A DNA stretch of 64,000 bases from assembly GCF_009914755.1 (NCBI RefSeq), contig NC_060925.1, one strand, 5' to 3'. Position 1 is the first letter of the stretch, and every line of letters begins with the position of its first letter. A model generated the notes under the pieces. That model did not search any database. It saw nothing but the letters and a program-made list of their open reading frames with translations, and had not been told where the DNA came from. The DNA comes from the human T2T-CHM13v2.0 reference genome, Homo sapiens. Below, piece after piece: positions 38,871-53,511 of this stretch. Both the position numbers and the translations under genes were made by a program.

Positions 38871-39140
38871 TGTGGTATAACAAAAAATATATCTGGTCTT
38901 TGTGGCTGGTTATCAACTTGAGCTTCAAAAACCCTAGAGCTTTCCTGACTGACAGGAGTGCTCTTACTATGCTATGGAAGAAACTCCTGATGGGCCCCCT
39001 ACATTGCTTCAGGATGGGGGCTGGTCCCCAGAAAGATCAGCCACGTTATTAGAAGATTGACACTTTGGACCAGCTTGATTGATTTAATCATTCCTGCCTC
39101 AGTAATGAAACCCCAGTAAAAACTCTGGACACTGGGGCCA
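38871..39140 (+). mobile_element. MER21-type LTR fragment
   Basis: AAATATATCTGGTCTTTG...GCTTCAGGATGGGGGCTGGTC...GTAATGAAACCCCAGTAAAAACTCTGGACACTG. Confidence 0.7.
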
Positions 39141-41058
39141 TTTACCTACATTCCATCTCCAGCACAGACCCCAAAATCCTGTGTATGTAAACTCTCTTCT
39201 TTCTGGGGTATTTAATATGGGTGCTTTATTACAGTTCTGCAATAACACAATCTCTGTGAGGCTAACTACACAAAATTATGCTTCCTGTTAGTGTTAAAAA
39301 GTATAATGGGAACTAGTAGACCTAGATTCTAGTCTTTTGCTATTAACAAGGCATGTAATCTATATAATTTACTTAATTTGCCTATGCCTTAGTTTTGTCA
39401 TTCATAAGAAAGGGGGGGGGGGTTGTACAGTGAAAACTGAGGAACAAAATGAAAGAGTGTGAAAAGTACTTTGAAATATTAAAAAGTCTCCATCATCTTC
39501 AGTACTCAGATTAACCTAGTGTTGGCTCATTGTGATGGATCTCAGGACATGACAACTCTCTATTATTTGTATTTGTATTAATCTTTTTCTGAATGTACAT
39601 CTAGCTAAGGTTAGTGAGTGCTTAGTTTTGGGTAGGTAATTTGCTGTGGAATTTCTTTTGTAATTTTGTCTTACATTTCACAACAGATCTAAAAAATAGA
39701 CACCCTTATGTTCTCATTTTATAGAGAGAAAAAATGAAGTTTAGCACAGAGAAAAGTCAATTTCTCAATGATATGTAACCAGGGAGTGATGGAAACCAAG
39801 GTTGTCTGCCTCCAGAGCCCTTGTCCTTGGACACAGTCCTCTACACCTTCCAGCTGATGTTCCAACACACCAGATCTCTGCTCTTGTAAATGCTCAAGGA
39901 AGACAGAGAAAAACAAGCTGGTTGCCAATCATGCTATCCTGATGTTCTTCATTTTCATATTTGTCCCAGCAATAATCTATTATTCACAATATGTTGTCAT
40001 TTTGCTTTGTTGAAGCACTTGGAAGCTTATTTTTAAGGAGCTTTTCCTTAAGAAGCATTATTAACCGTTTTGGTTACCAAATACCTTTTTTCTCAAGGCA
40101 TCAAAATTATACTTGATTGCACTCATTTTAATTCATTGCACAGATTACATAATAGTTCATTATCTCCTATTATATCTAAATTCCTCTGCAGAGGCTACGC
40201 TCTGTTATTTTCATGGAATGGACTGTATTAAACAGAAAGTCTATCATTTACTTAGTAATTCCTATGCTACCAGCAAAATAAAATCTATAAATCCTATACC
40301 TATGTGATCTTAGAAATTACCCTTGATTTGTGAAGGAAATTATATAGGATGAAATTTTCCATCATAAACATTTTTTGGCTTGTATATGTCAATGCACTTT
40401 CAAACGTAATAGGCCAATTTTGAGAGAGCATTAGTTTCCAGATGCTGGCTGAGCATACAGTATGCTGGAGAGAGGTGCTGTGGTACACTCAGTAGATCCA
40501 CATTCATAGTATTTGCATTGTAACAGTGTCATTTGAAATAATATAATTCTTTTCTATTCTTCTGGGATTATAAATCTTCCCACCACAATTATCAGAAGCA
40601 GAAAAGAGAAGTAAAAAGTCATTAAGTTTAAGAAGATGAGGGATTTGCTAGGGCCCTGTATTAGTTAAGGTAATGAAAGCTTCTGTGCCAATAAATCTAA
40701 AAATCCAGAGGTTTATACAGTAGAAGTTTAAGATGTAGCAGTCCAATGTGTGTTGAGTGGGTGGCTTTTCACATAGTGATTCAAGATCTAGGCTCATTCA
40801 ATTTTGTGACTCCACTTTCATGTAAGGCTGTAGAGTGTTTCATTTCCAACAGAACACAATAGTATTTTAAAGAATATTAAAATTTGCCTTAATGTCAATA
40901 GAACTTGAATAATCAGTGGATGGCTTAGGGAGAAAAGAAGGAAAACAAGGGATGTTATTTATGTAATATGAATATTCAATGTCATCAGGCTCTGAAAGCT
41001 TGTTATGTTCACCTCCACAGCAGGGATATATAAAGGTAGAGTGAATCTTCTTTCTGAC

Positions 41059-41477
41059 TGTGATCGTTAATTTTATGTGTCAACTTGATGGAATTAAAGG
41101 ATGCCCAGATAGCTAGTGAAACATTATTTCTGGGTGTGTCTGCAAGGGTATTTCTGGAAGGCGTTTCAAAATAAGCATTTGAATCAATAGACTGAATAAA
41201 GAAGATCCTCCTCACTGCCCAGAGTCAGTGAGCACAATCCACTGAGTGCCCAGATAAACAAAAAGGTGGAGAAAGGGTAAATTCTCTCTTTTCTTATCTG
41301 GGCTATCCATCTTCTCCTGCACTCAAACCGAATGACTTCCTGGCTTTCCTTGTTCTCCAGCTTACAGACAGCATGTTGTGGGACTTTTCAGTCTCCACAA
41401 TCATGTGAGCCAATTCTTATAATCTCCTCTTATGTATCTAGACATATCCTATTGGTTTCTGTTTCTCTGACTAATAA
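41059..41477 (+). mobile_element. MLT2-type ERVL LTR
   Basis: TGTGATCGTTAATTTTATGTGTCAACTTGA...CCTATTGGTTTCTGTTTCTCTGACTAATA. Confidence 0.85.
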
Positions 41478-41496
41478 GCAGACATTAGTTGGATGG

Positions 41497-41787
41497 TGAT
41501 ATGGTTTGGCTGTGTCCCCACCCAAATCTCATTATGAATTGTAGCTCCCATAATTCCCACATGTTGCGGGAGGGACCCGGTGGGAGACAACTGAATCATG
41601 GGGGCAGTTCCCTCCATACTGTTCTCGTGGTAGTGAATAAGTCTCACGAGATCTGATGTTTTTATAAGGGGCTTCCCCTTTCACTTGGCTCTCATTCTGT
41701 CTTCCCTGCTGCCATGCCTCTTTTTCTTTATCAATTACCCAGTCTTGGGTATGTCTTTTATCAGCAACATGAAAACGGACTAATACA
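41497..41787 (+). mobile_element. THE1B-type MaLR solo LTR with an internal deletion
   Basis: TGATATGGTTTGGCTGTGTCCCCACCC...GGACTAATACA; perfect 5-bp TSD GATGG. Confidence 0.92.
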
Positions 41788-42079
41788 GATGGATACTGCC
41801 AACTTTGAGACTCTCCTTTTTCTCCGCATCCTTGCTACCCAACTCCTTCTGACCCAGTCTTTTTTTTTTTTTTTGGTGTTTGTTAACACAGGCCTGCCAT
41901 GTTTAGTAGGCTGCATGCAGCATTGATAAAGGATAGAGGTCATCGGCATCACTCTAAAGCAAGCACTAGTTCCATGCCCATCTCTTCCTCCTTGGCAAGG
42001 ACCCCCCCGACACACTGTGCTCACATTAAGTAGTTAGGGGGATATGGGTCATGTTCTAGAATTAAGTAGATCCATCACA

Positions 42080-42421
42080 GCTATGGACTGAATGCTTGTG
42101 TCCTTCAAAATTAATATGTTGAAATTATAACCCTCTAGGTGATGGCATTAGGAGGTGGAACCTCTTGTAGTTGATTCAGTCCCTGGGATTAGTGTCCTAA
42201 TGAAAGGGACCCTGGAGACTCCCTCATCCCTTCCACCATGTGATGACACAGTGAGAAGATAGTCATCTATGAACCAGGAAAAGGCCATCACCAGACACTG
42301 AATCTGCTGGTACCTAGATCTTGGACTTCCCCACCTCCAGAACTGTGAGATATAAATTTCCCTTATTTGTGAGCCACCCAGTCTATGGTGCTTTGTTATA
42401 GCACCCTGCCCAGATTAAGAG
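42080..42421 (+). mobile_element. MLT1A-type MaLR LTR
   Basis: GCTATGGACTGAATGCTTGTGTCC...CTCCAGAACTGTGAGA...TTTGTTATAGCA. Confidence 0.85.
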
Positions 42422-45139
42422 AATCACTAAAACAATTCTAAAGAATGCAGAGAAGATATAGAAATCAGCCAATAAACCTTTAATGGCATTTATATTGTAT
42501 ATACCATATAATAAAATGCTGTAAATATTGTAGATTCACAAGATTTATTAATGTGTATCATGAGTCTGTTTAGCACTGGGTCATTAAGTTTTCTATTTCC
42601 AGGACCACATTCCCACTTCTCAGTGATTATGTCAGGATGTGCATTTCACTTTCAATAGGTTCATCAGCCATAGATCTCAGAGCTCTGTCTCCTTAACAGG
42701 AGCTTATGTATCCCTGCTGTGATACAGAGGGTTTATTTCTAAGTACTTTAGGCACCTCACTGTTGCCCACTCTCACCCCTACTCTCAAGAGACTACAGGT
42801 GACTTTCAGTAATTATTTGTTGTCATCATTAATGATGATTTATTGCAACATTTAATAAGGTATTCTATGCCCAAGAAAAAAAATACTCTATAAATGCTAC
42901 TAATGGGAAATTAAGCAGTTCTGTGGAAAATGGCTGAATTAAGAGTCATTTTCCATGAAGTTAGTGCCATGGCATTGGACGATGTTTTGGGATGACCCTG
43001 GGAGAGTGAACAGCTTCCTGAGTTGAATATTTTGGGAGAAATCAAAAGACCCAGCTGCCTAATCACTTCAAGCTCTGATTAAGCAACTGTCAGTGCCTGA
43101 AATCTACCCTATTGAGCTCAGCTCTAACTGACCTAAACTATTAAAGTGTGAGTGTTCTGCATAGTTAATAATAATTGGCAGATCTAACTAACCCCTTAGA
43201 GTCCAGCAGAAAAAAGGAACTGAGATCACAGGCACGACCATTTTGAAGACTAAAGGTCTGGTGAGGAAGAAAGCACAGGGCTTTCGGGAACTGATCCAGT
43301 TCATTTGGCTAATTGAGTTGGCATGTGTTTCTGGTAAATGCGGGTATCCTCTAGCAATGAGAGGAAGGTAGGGTTTAAATATCCCTTCCCTGATAATGTT
43401 GTTTTCAGACAGTAGATTACAATGCAAGCAAATATTTGATCAAATTATGCCAAGTGTACAAACACTTTCAGCAAGCAGTTGCAGAAACCTCAGACAACCT
43501 TTCTTGGAAGCTCAGCAAAGCTCCACTCTGTTTTCAGGCACTCCAACAGGCACCTGGCATAAATTGTTTGCTCCAAAGTCGAGGCAATAATACTCTGAGG
43601 GCAAGGTCAGCCAGCCATAGAATCAGATCAGGTGACAGAGTCCTCCAAGAAGTGGAGGGCTCTGACCAATGGGAGCACCAGGAACTTACACTTCAAGCCT
43701 GCCTTGAACATATAAGGCTGCTGGGTCTGTCCCTTGTTTAGACCTTGGTCTTCATATATAAGCAGGGGCTGGAGAATCTTTTTGGTCCACCAAATATTTT
43801 CAGCACCACCTATTTATCAATATAAAAATTATTTCTAAAATCCCTTCAAATTATCAAATCCCTGGATATGATAGCCATATTGGGAGGTCCTAAGTAAGCA
43901 CCTCAAGTCATGATCAGTTGTGACCAGACCATGAGCTTTACTGAGGCAGGTGCTTTAACCTGTTTTGTCTCCTAGAATAGTGCCTCAACAACTTTAAGCA
44001 GTTTGTACATATTTGACAGTTGAATGAATGAACAAGTACATGTCAATGGATGGTTAAGAAACTTTGCATGCTAACTAAGCACCTTTCATGGTCAGATTAA
44101 AACTAATTAGCACACACATCACATGTTTATTCTAAAGAACTTTAAAAGTAAGTTACCATACTGACAATGTAACAGGAGCACTACTGGGGAATGGCCACAA
44201 CATAATTAGGTAGGGAAATGATACTGGAGGTGAGAGAGAAAGCTCTGTGAATTTGCACAAGTATTATAATTTTATTTATGTATTGAATGTCTGATATCGT
44301 TCACCAACGCTATATGGATACATTTTAATAGTTTAACAACTAAATGGATACCCTTTAATAATACTTCATTTAATAACTGTACACAGTTCCTTTAAGTACT
44401 CTTCAGATTCTAAGAATACCTCTGCCCACCCCAATTAATCACTTCAGCTCTCCATTATCCACGTGTGCTCACATTCAGCAGATGGCCGATAACTATCACT
44501 TTCACCATTGTTAGTTGCTAGAAAGTTTGATTCTGCACCTATTTTTAATACAAATGCACTTTATTCCTTACATCCTGTGCTTGTACAAAAAAAAAACTCT
44601 TCAAAATCACCTGGGGAGAATAAAGGTGGGGTATGCTTATCACACGTATTTGCTTTTCTCCACCTTCTGCTGCTGGCAATTACTCTGGGTGTCTATCAAA
44701 GAACGTTTCTCTACCAAGGGCTCCATCTTTCCACTTGCAGCTGAAAAGCTAGTCTCACTACTCCAATGTTCCAGAGCCACTTATTTTATTATACTTTAAT
44801 AGGACACACACAAACTGAGCAGCAACAAAGTCACACTGAAAATGAACCAAAGCTTAACCAAAATGTAGCCCAAGAGAAGGCCCCCAAAGGAATAGCAACA
44901 TCCACTACAAGTAAAATAATGGGTTCCTCTCTGCAAGGACTTAGCAATAACCCCTAGGCTCTGGGTCTATGTGAGTCCCAGACTGTCTGGATCTTCTGTC
45001 CCAAACCCCATATCCCCCCATCTCATCAGCCAGAAGCCCCCCTCACTAGTAAATTGTTAGAAATGTGCTGACAATAATGAATATTAATAGGTGATCATTG
45101 CTTTCACTCATTTATAGGACAAATATTTTTTATCAACTA

Positions 45140-45835
45140 CAGTCATGAATGACATAATGATTTTTGGCTAATGACAGATAGCATATATAATGGTGGTCTC
45201 ATAAGATTATAATACCATATTTTTGCTGTACCCTTTTTTTTTTTTTTTTTTGGAGACAGAGTTTATTGCCTGGGTTGAAGTACAGTGGCATGATCATAGC
45301 TCACTACAGCCTTGATCTCCTGGGCTCAAGCCTCCTGAGCAGCTGGGACTACAGGTGCACACTGTTTCACCAAGCTAACTAAAAAACAAAGTTTTTGTAA
45401 AGACAAGGTCTTGCTATGTTGCCTTGTTGGCAAGGATGGAGAGAAATCAGAAAGCTTGTGCACTTTTGGGGAATCGGAACCCTTGTGCTCTTGGGGAATG
45501 TAAAACAGTGGAAAACAGTATGGAGGTTCCTCAAAAAACTAAACATAGAACTACCTCATGGTCCAGCAATCTCAGGTCTGGATATGTTACCCCAGAGAAC
45601 TAAAAGCAGCATCTCAAAGAGATACTTGTACATCCATCCTCATAGCAGCATTATTCAGAATAGCCAGTAGGCAGAAAAACACCTAGATATCTTTGCCTAA
45701 TACAAGGTCACAAAGATTTTCTCCTAAGTTTTTTCTGTAAGTTTTACTGTCTTAGCTCTTACATTTTGGTCTGTGATCAATTTCAAGTTGATTTTTGCAT
45801 ATTCAGGTAAGTGAGAAGGTTCTATTTTGCATACA
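45140..45835. mobile_element. Mosaic: Tigger3/MER7-like end, truncated antisense AluJ, L1 (+) fragment, L1 (-) fragment
   Basis: CAGTCATG...CATAAGATTATAATACCATATTTTT (45140-45232); Alu 45234-45423; L1 GGAAAACAGTATGGAGGTTCCTCAAAAAACT (45424-45690); antisense L1 CAAGGTCACAAAGATTTTCTCC (45690-45835). Confidence 0.7.
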
Positions 45836-46202
45836 AGTTTCTGGTTAGGTCTCAATTTTCTTGTCTACTAAAGAAGAATAACATTAACTACCTTACAAAA
45901 TTATTGTGAGGATCAAAATAATTGTAGCTCATAGTTACTGAGTTTGAGTTCTTAGAATATTTCACATGTAGTGACTCATTTCATTCTCACAATAACCCTA
46001 TCAGTTATTATCTTCATTTTAAAGTTTTAAAAATTAAGACACTGAAAAGCTAAGTAAGTTTTCCAGGGTTGTACAAATGACAAGATTTAGGGGTGAAAAT
46101 TAATTCCAGACAAATAGGCTTCAGAAACTATATTCTTAACCAAAATACTGTATCAAGAAACCACCAGTATGCTGCTAAAAACACTTCTAAGGGCTTGATA
46201 GT

Positions 46203-46843
46203 TGCATTCATTATCTATCGTTGTGTCACAAATTATCTGAAAACTTAGTGGCTTAAAACAACAAAAACATTTATTATCTCACAGTTTTTGTGGGTTGGAT
46301 ATTTGAGTGCAGCTTAGCTGGGTCCTCTGCTCCAGGTTTCTCACAAGGCTGTTGGCTGAAGCTGTGGTCTCATCTGAAAGCTTGCCTGGGGAAAGATGTG
46401 CTTCTAACTCACACATTATATTGTGAGTAGTTCTACTGAGAGACCTGCATATCAAGGAATTGATGTCACCAGCCAAATAGCCAGCAGGTGGGCTTCAGTT
46501 CCTCGCCAGCTGTTGGCTGGTGACATCAATTCCTTGATATGCAGGTCTCTCAATGGAACTACTCACAACATAGCAGCTTGGTTTCCATAGAGTGAGGATC
46601 AGAGGGATATCTGAGGCAAGTGGGGAGGTGGCAGTTTACACATTAGGTTACACAGTCTTTTTGTAACCTAATGTGAGAAAGGACATCCGCTATGCCTTTT
46701 GAATAGTCAGCACTTTTGTCATATTCTGTTTATTACAAGTGAGTCCCTAGGCTCCTGCCCACACTCAAGGAGAGGGTCTTGCTTAAAGGCATAAATGTCC
46801 AGAGCCAGGGATAACTGGGAGTCCTTTTAGAGGCTCTCTATCA
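46203..46843 (-). mobile_element. MLT1F-type MaLR LTR containing an inverted duplication and a templated insertion
   Basis: AAAACTTAGTGGCTTAAAACAAC...ATCTCACAGTTT...CAGCTTAGCTGGGTCCTCTGCT...CCCACACTCAAGGAGAGG. Confidence 0.8.
46421..46568. repeat. Near-perfect inverted repeat (56-bp arms, 36-nt loop)
   Basis: 46421-46476 is the reverse complement of 46513-46568 at 54/56 positions, including a 40-bp perfect run. Confidence 0.95.
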
Positions 46844-47039
46844 AGCTATTCTCCTGACTCGGCCTCCTGAGTAGCTGTGATTACAGGCATGTGCCACCAC
46901 GCCAGGCTAATTTTGTATTTTTGGTAGAGGGGTTTCCCCGTGTTGGTCAGGCTGGTCTCGAACTCCCAACCTCAGGTGATCCACCTGCCTTGGCCTCCGA
47001 AAGTGTTGGGATTACAGGTGTGAGCCACTGCGCCCAGCC
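46844..47039 (-). mobile_element. Partial AluS (tail end missing)
   Basis: CAAGCTATTCTCCTGACTCGGCCTCC...GAGCCACTGCGCCCAGCC; no T-tract. Confidence 0.9.
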
Positions 47040-49003
47040 TCTTCCCCTATTACTATCTCAAAAATAGGGATTAGGTTTTTTAGAATGATTCTGTTTTCTT
47101 TAAATATACTTTTGAGGACTAAGAACTTGATTATCAGTTTTTAGAGACAATTCTTTCCAATTTCCAAGGAACTAAATTTACAGATTTCTACCTCTAGTAC
47201 TTTTTAAAAAAATATGAAGTATGGAGCACTGAAGGATTTACATGCGTAAAGATTTGAGGAAAGTTCTGTGTAGATCTCAGCAGAGTATATTTCTCACATC
47301 CCATCACTGAGACTCTGTCACCTTTTGATGTCAAGGCTTTAAAATGACATTTCCAGGTTTTTAGAGGTTAAATAAAATAAAATAAAGCCAAAATAAAACT
47401 CTTTTACCAATTAAAGGAATAAAGAAAGAACACTCAACTTCTTGGTGGGATGAAGAAGAAAGCATTTTAATTTGCCTTAATCCTTGAGCCCTCTGAAGAG
47501 TCAAGCTTCTTGATGATAATTGATGATAATTCAGCTCCTAAACAACGTTAACAATCCCTCCCTCTTATTTGTGATCCTCTTCCAAAGAGAATCTCAGCTA
47601 ACTTTAGAGGTATGGCAAGAGAAATCACCTGATCAACAGTATTAACAGCTTAAACTTTGGAGTTCTTTCTGTGGATCTCTCAATACTGGCTGGGATGCCT
47701 GCTGTGCTTCAGTGTATATATTTATTTCAAGTAAATAAGACTATTAAATGGAGATTTTGTGTCCCTAAGAACCACTTTCAAGCAGCTCCAGAGATACCAA
47801 TCACCATAGAATGTGGGTGGTCCCTTCCATTAGGGGATAGGAGTCACTACTCCAGGACTGCTTGGCTGCTGGCTGTGCCTTTATTGGTGACTGTTTTTAG
47901 AGGCTCAATATCTTGCCAAAGAAAATTTGAACCACCTGAGTATCTACCTCAGTGCCTTTTGAATAGTCAGCACTGAATAAGTATTTGTTGGCCGAATGAA
48001 TGGATGTCCTATGGGTTCATGCAATTGTAATCCTATTCAGGATACTGTATCTAGGTTCCTTATCCTACCTTTCCAGACACTGTTTCAATGAGTTAAAGGA
48101 ACCTCCTGCCAGGAAGGATCATTAACTACCTTATTTGATCTGATCTTTGTTCTGGAAGGCCCAGAGCTAAGGACAAAACCTACAGCTCCCTCTGCATAAG
48201 ACTTGGATACCTTTAATTCTGTCTGCCCCGAAGTGCCTACAGTCACATGTCAGCCACACTGTGCTCAATCCAAGGACTCATCTGCACAGCCACACTGCTG
48301 TCACTAAAGTGTCTAACACATCAAGGGAAGGACTTGGGACATACTTATGAAAACTGTTCAAACATTTGGCACTTGGTTCAAAGACAGAAACCTGGCAAGT
48401 GCCAACTCCTATTCCTTCTGGGCATTCATTAGGCCCTAAATATCTGAGTTTTGGCATCATCTGATTTGCCCACCACAATCTCCTTGAAGTTCTCTAGGAG
48501 AGAGGAACCAGGCAATAGCAAGTTATGGTTCAGTATATGAGACAGCCTGTTCCATTCATACAAATAAGAGCAACATTTTGCCAAGTACATGCGGTACACC
48601 TGCACCCCACAGAATCTGGTTGTGCTTGCCTGAGGGATGACAGGCTCTCCTGGACAGCTGGCCCTGGCTTCCGGTCATGAGTGAGTGCTGGAATTCATGA
48701 GTGAATGCAGATCATGGGTGAATTCTTTCTGTGCCTGTCCCTGTCTGTACAACTCTGCACAATTAAGGTCTTCAAATTGCCCTATGCTCTGTGCATTTAG
48801 AATATCAGCTGTTTATCCATGATTTACCACATGCCAGATACATTTCTGAACACTTTGCACATTATTAACTGACTTAATCTTCAGTGCAACCCTATCTATG
48901 AATGAGCATTCTTTTTGCCTCCCTTTTTCAGATGAGTCATAGAACTTAAGCAACTTGCCCAATGCCACCTTGAAAATGAGAAATGGAAATGAATTTGAAC
49001 CTA

Positions 49004-49477
<474 letters not shown>

Positions 49478-49963
49478 TTATTTTGATGAAAAGCAAGCTT
49501 TGTCTATCTTGTTAAAGGCGTTTGGATATGATGCAATTCCAAATCAGGCTCTTCTCTTTATTCATATGCCCAACTCACCTGTGGAGACCTCCGAGGAAGC
49601 TCAGCTCATTGGCTTTGATTCAGCAACCAGTTTTCCTGACTTTGGAGTAGGAGTCACATGACAGGCTAGGAGGTAAAAGCTGTATCACAGAGAAATAACT
49701 CCTTGTCAATTTCCAGTTTCTGCCATTACCTAAAAGGGACCTGACTGAGTGACACTGTGTGGCCTAGAGTGACTTTAGCTGAAGAGTTCACTTTACTGGC
49801 TTCTAGGCAATTTATTACCATTATGAACAATCTGCTCTTTTTTTGTCATGCTCTATCATTTCGTAACACTTTCTCTTCTCATAGCAACGTGCTCTTCCCC
49901 AGGATGCCCTTATATGGCAGCTATGCCCAGGGCAATGACACTAGCTCACAGTTGTTGTTTACC

Positions 49964-50572
49964 TTGTGCAGGGGTGAGCAAGGACAGCTTTCCCCTTCAT
50001 CCTCTGAAGGTTCATTGAAAATGAACTAAAAAAAGGCAGATTAATAGGAGAAAAAGGCATACACATCTATTTTAACATGTATAGCATGGGAGAATTGCAG
50101 GAGAATGATTATTCAATAATCCAATGGGGTCCAGGTGCTTATAAACCTTTCTTCATAGGAGAAGGGGTGAGGGGAATGCAGGAGTAAATAAATTTTAGGG
50201 AGAATGAATGCACCCAATATTCAGATAGGGATAACTAAATAATTCTCTTAGGGAATTGAATGGGACTGGAGAACAAACACAGTTCAAAGTTTGTCTGAGC
50301 TCTAGGTTTGGTGTTTAATTTTTAGTCTTTTTCTCTGTGATGAGTTTTAATCTTCCCTGCTTAATGAAATTTCCAGGAAGGGATTGCAGGCAATTGGATT
50401 TCTCTTTGGAAGTCCGGTTTCTGGGCAGATAAGGGAACTTCAGAGAATAGCCTCGTCATCTGCTTTGGGAGAGACAAAGGTGTGAGAGATGGGGGTCGGG
50501 GAAAGGTCAGAGGGATCTTGAGACTTTTTGTTTAGTTCCATATTTTGGGAAGTCATTTCCTGAGCCCCAACA
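49964..50572 (-). mobile_element. ERV1 solo LTR, MER34/MER39 group
   Basis: Reverse complement begins TGTTGGGGCTCAGGAAATGACTTCCCAAAATATGG; homologous to 1452-1705. Confidence 0.7.
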
Positions 50573-51224
50573 CTTTTTTATAAAACCAGATTAGTCACTC
50601 CAGGCTGCTTTCAGGGCTGCTGTGAAACAGGGATAAAAACAGTTATATTGGTCACCTGCAGGGAAATTATGCCAGGAGGCAAGATGCATATAATTGGCCA
50701 TGGCAATTTCCAAAGATATGCTACAAATAATCTTTCTCAATTCCATATAGGTCCTTGAATCCTCAGATAGTCCAGTCAAAGCTGATCCTTTGTCCTTGCC
50801 AGTGACCGGCAGGTCTTTCCAGACACTCAGAGCGGCCAAGACAGCATTTTTAAAAGCGCCACTCTATATTTAGCAGTCCAAATTGCCTATGGCTTCACTC
50901 TCCCTTTGTACTTGCATCACCTAAAAAAGCTCCCCTTCACATGCAAGGTCAAAGAGACGAGGCAGACATTGATTTCTGTTGCCTGTAGAACCCAGAATAA
51001 CTCTACTACTGAAAATGTTGCTCTAGGGTGGAAACTGAAAAGAATGGATGCTATTCAATTCAACTTTGGCAAAGTGCAGAGGCAGGAGAGAATTTTAGCA
51101 AGGTTAGTGCACAGAGGTCCTGGCTTCCCGTGTCCAGAGAATTTCAAGTTCACGTCAGGCCAGGATGATGCCTTGGGATCAGAGGTTTGGCACAATGCCC
51201 TGAAGTTCCCACTCTTTCCCGTTT

Positions 51225-51332
51225 ACTTATTTTCTCTTCTTTTGTTCTCCCTTTTCCTCCTCCCTTCTTTCTTTCCTTCCTTCCTTTTTTCCTCCCTTCT
51301 TTTCTCTTTCTTCTTCCTCCCTATTTTCCTTC
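51225..51332. repeat. CT-rich low-complexity tract
   Basis: Direct reading. Confidence 0.85.
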
Positions 51333-51391
51333 TACTCAGTTCTCAGTTAATGAGCTTTTACTGTTTTTGAGCAAATGGGCTCTCTGCCTGA

Positions 51392-51851
51392 TGTAGACAG
51401 AAACCAAGAACCATGGCACCGGCTTTTGAGAAAAGGAAGGCTTTATTGCAAAATCATCAAGCAGGAAGACAGGAAGTAGGTTCAAATCTGGCTCCCTGAC
51501 TTGGGATCTGGGGAAAGTTTTAAGGGATCAGAGGCTAGGGATAGAATTTAGGAATGCTGACTTGACAGGGTCTGATTGGAAGTATGCTGAGACAGATCTT
51601 AGCACAAGATCTTCCAGGCCAATGAACCTCTTGCTTCTGAAAGAGTTCCAGTATTCAGGTTCTGGTCATATCCTAGTCTTGGTTCTGAGAAAATTGGCTG
51701 GTTACGGACATTATCAGAGGTCAAAGCTTTTTCCCTTGAGCATCCTTGGGCTACATGACATGCAGTTATTTCGCTCTGTTATACCTACAAGGTAACTTGA
51801 CATGTTGTTGTCATGAGAGTAGGCCCAGTTTGTTCTGGTCCCACAGTTACA
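51392..51851 (-). mobile_element. MER89/MER90-type ERV1 solo LTR
   Basis: Reverse complement begins TGTAACTGTGGGACCAGAACAAACTGGGCCTACTCTC...GTTACCTTGTAGGTATAACAGAGC; TG...CA ends. Confidence 0.65.
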
Positions 51852-52380
51852 TTATTAAATTTTGTGCAGTGTGCGAGGCATCAGGATTATTAAAGTTATT
51901 AATAAAAATCACTGACTTAAAAGAGCTCACCTATTAGAGGGCTGGACACACAAACAGGCCATCATAATACAGTGTCATACTAGGATGACAAAGAAGGAGA
52001 AAAGGCATTCAGCTAGCCTGAGAGGTGCCAGGGAAGGCTGCCCAGTTAGGATAACACGGAGCTGTGTAACTCTTCATCCCACCAGATAAGAGCTGGCCCC
52101 GTGAAGAGCATGCCCCTTATTTCTCCTTTTTTAAGCTTGCATGGCAAATAAGAAAGCCATGTCAGCGGCACTTCAGCCTGCTGCATTCTGCGTCGAGCTC
52201 CTGTCTGATTTACCACCTTAGCCTCCTTTCACTGTTGGCATTCTCATTCCTCTGGCCTATGGTTATAGGGTCACACCATCTTCTTTGAGCTTAAGAAAAG
52301 GTCTATAAATAAAATAAAATCTCAAAAGGTAAATAGTAATTCTGCATTACACGAGGCAAATATTTAAAACATGATCTACT

Positions 52381-53511
<1,131 letters not shown>

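Noticed and set aside
50906-51370. 154-aa ORF with a hydrophobic C-terminus
   Set aside because: The apparent transmembrane stretch is a CT-rich low-complexity tract; non-ATG start; no homology recognised.
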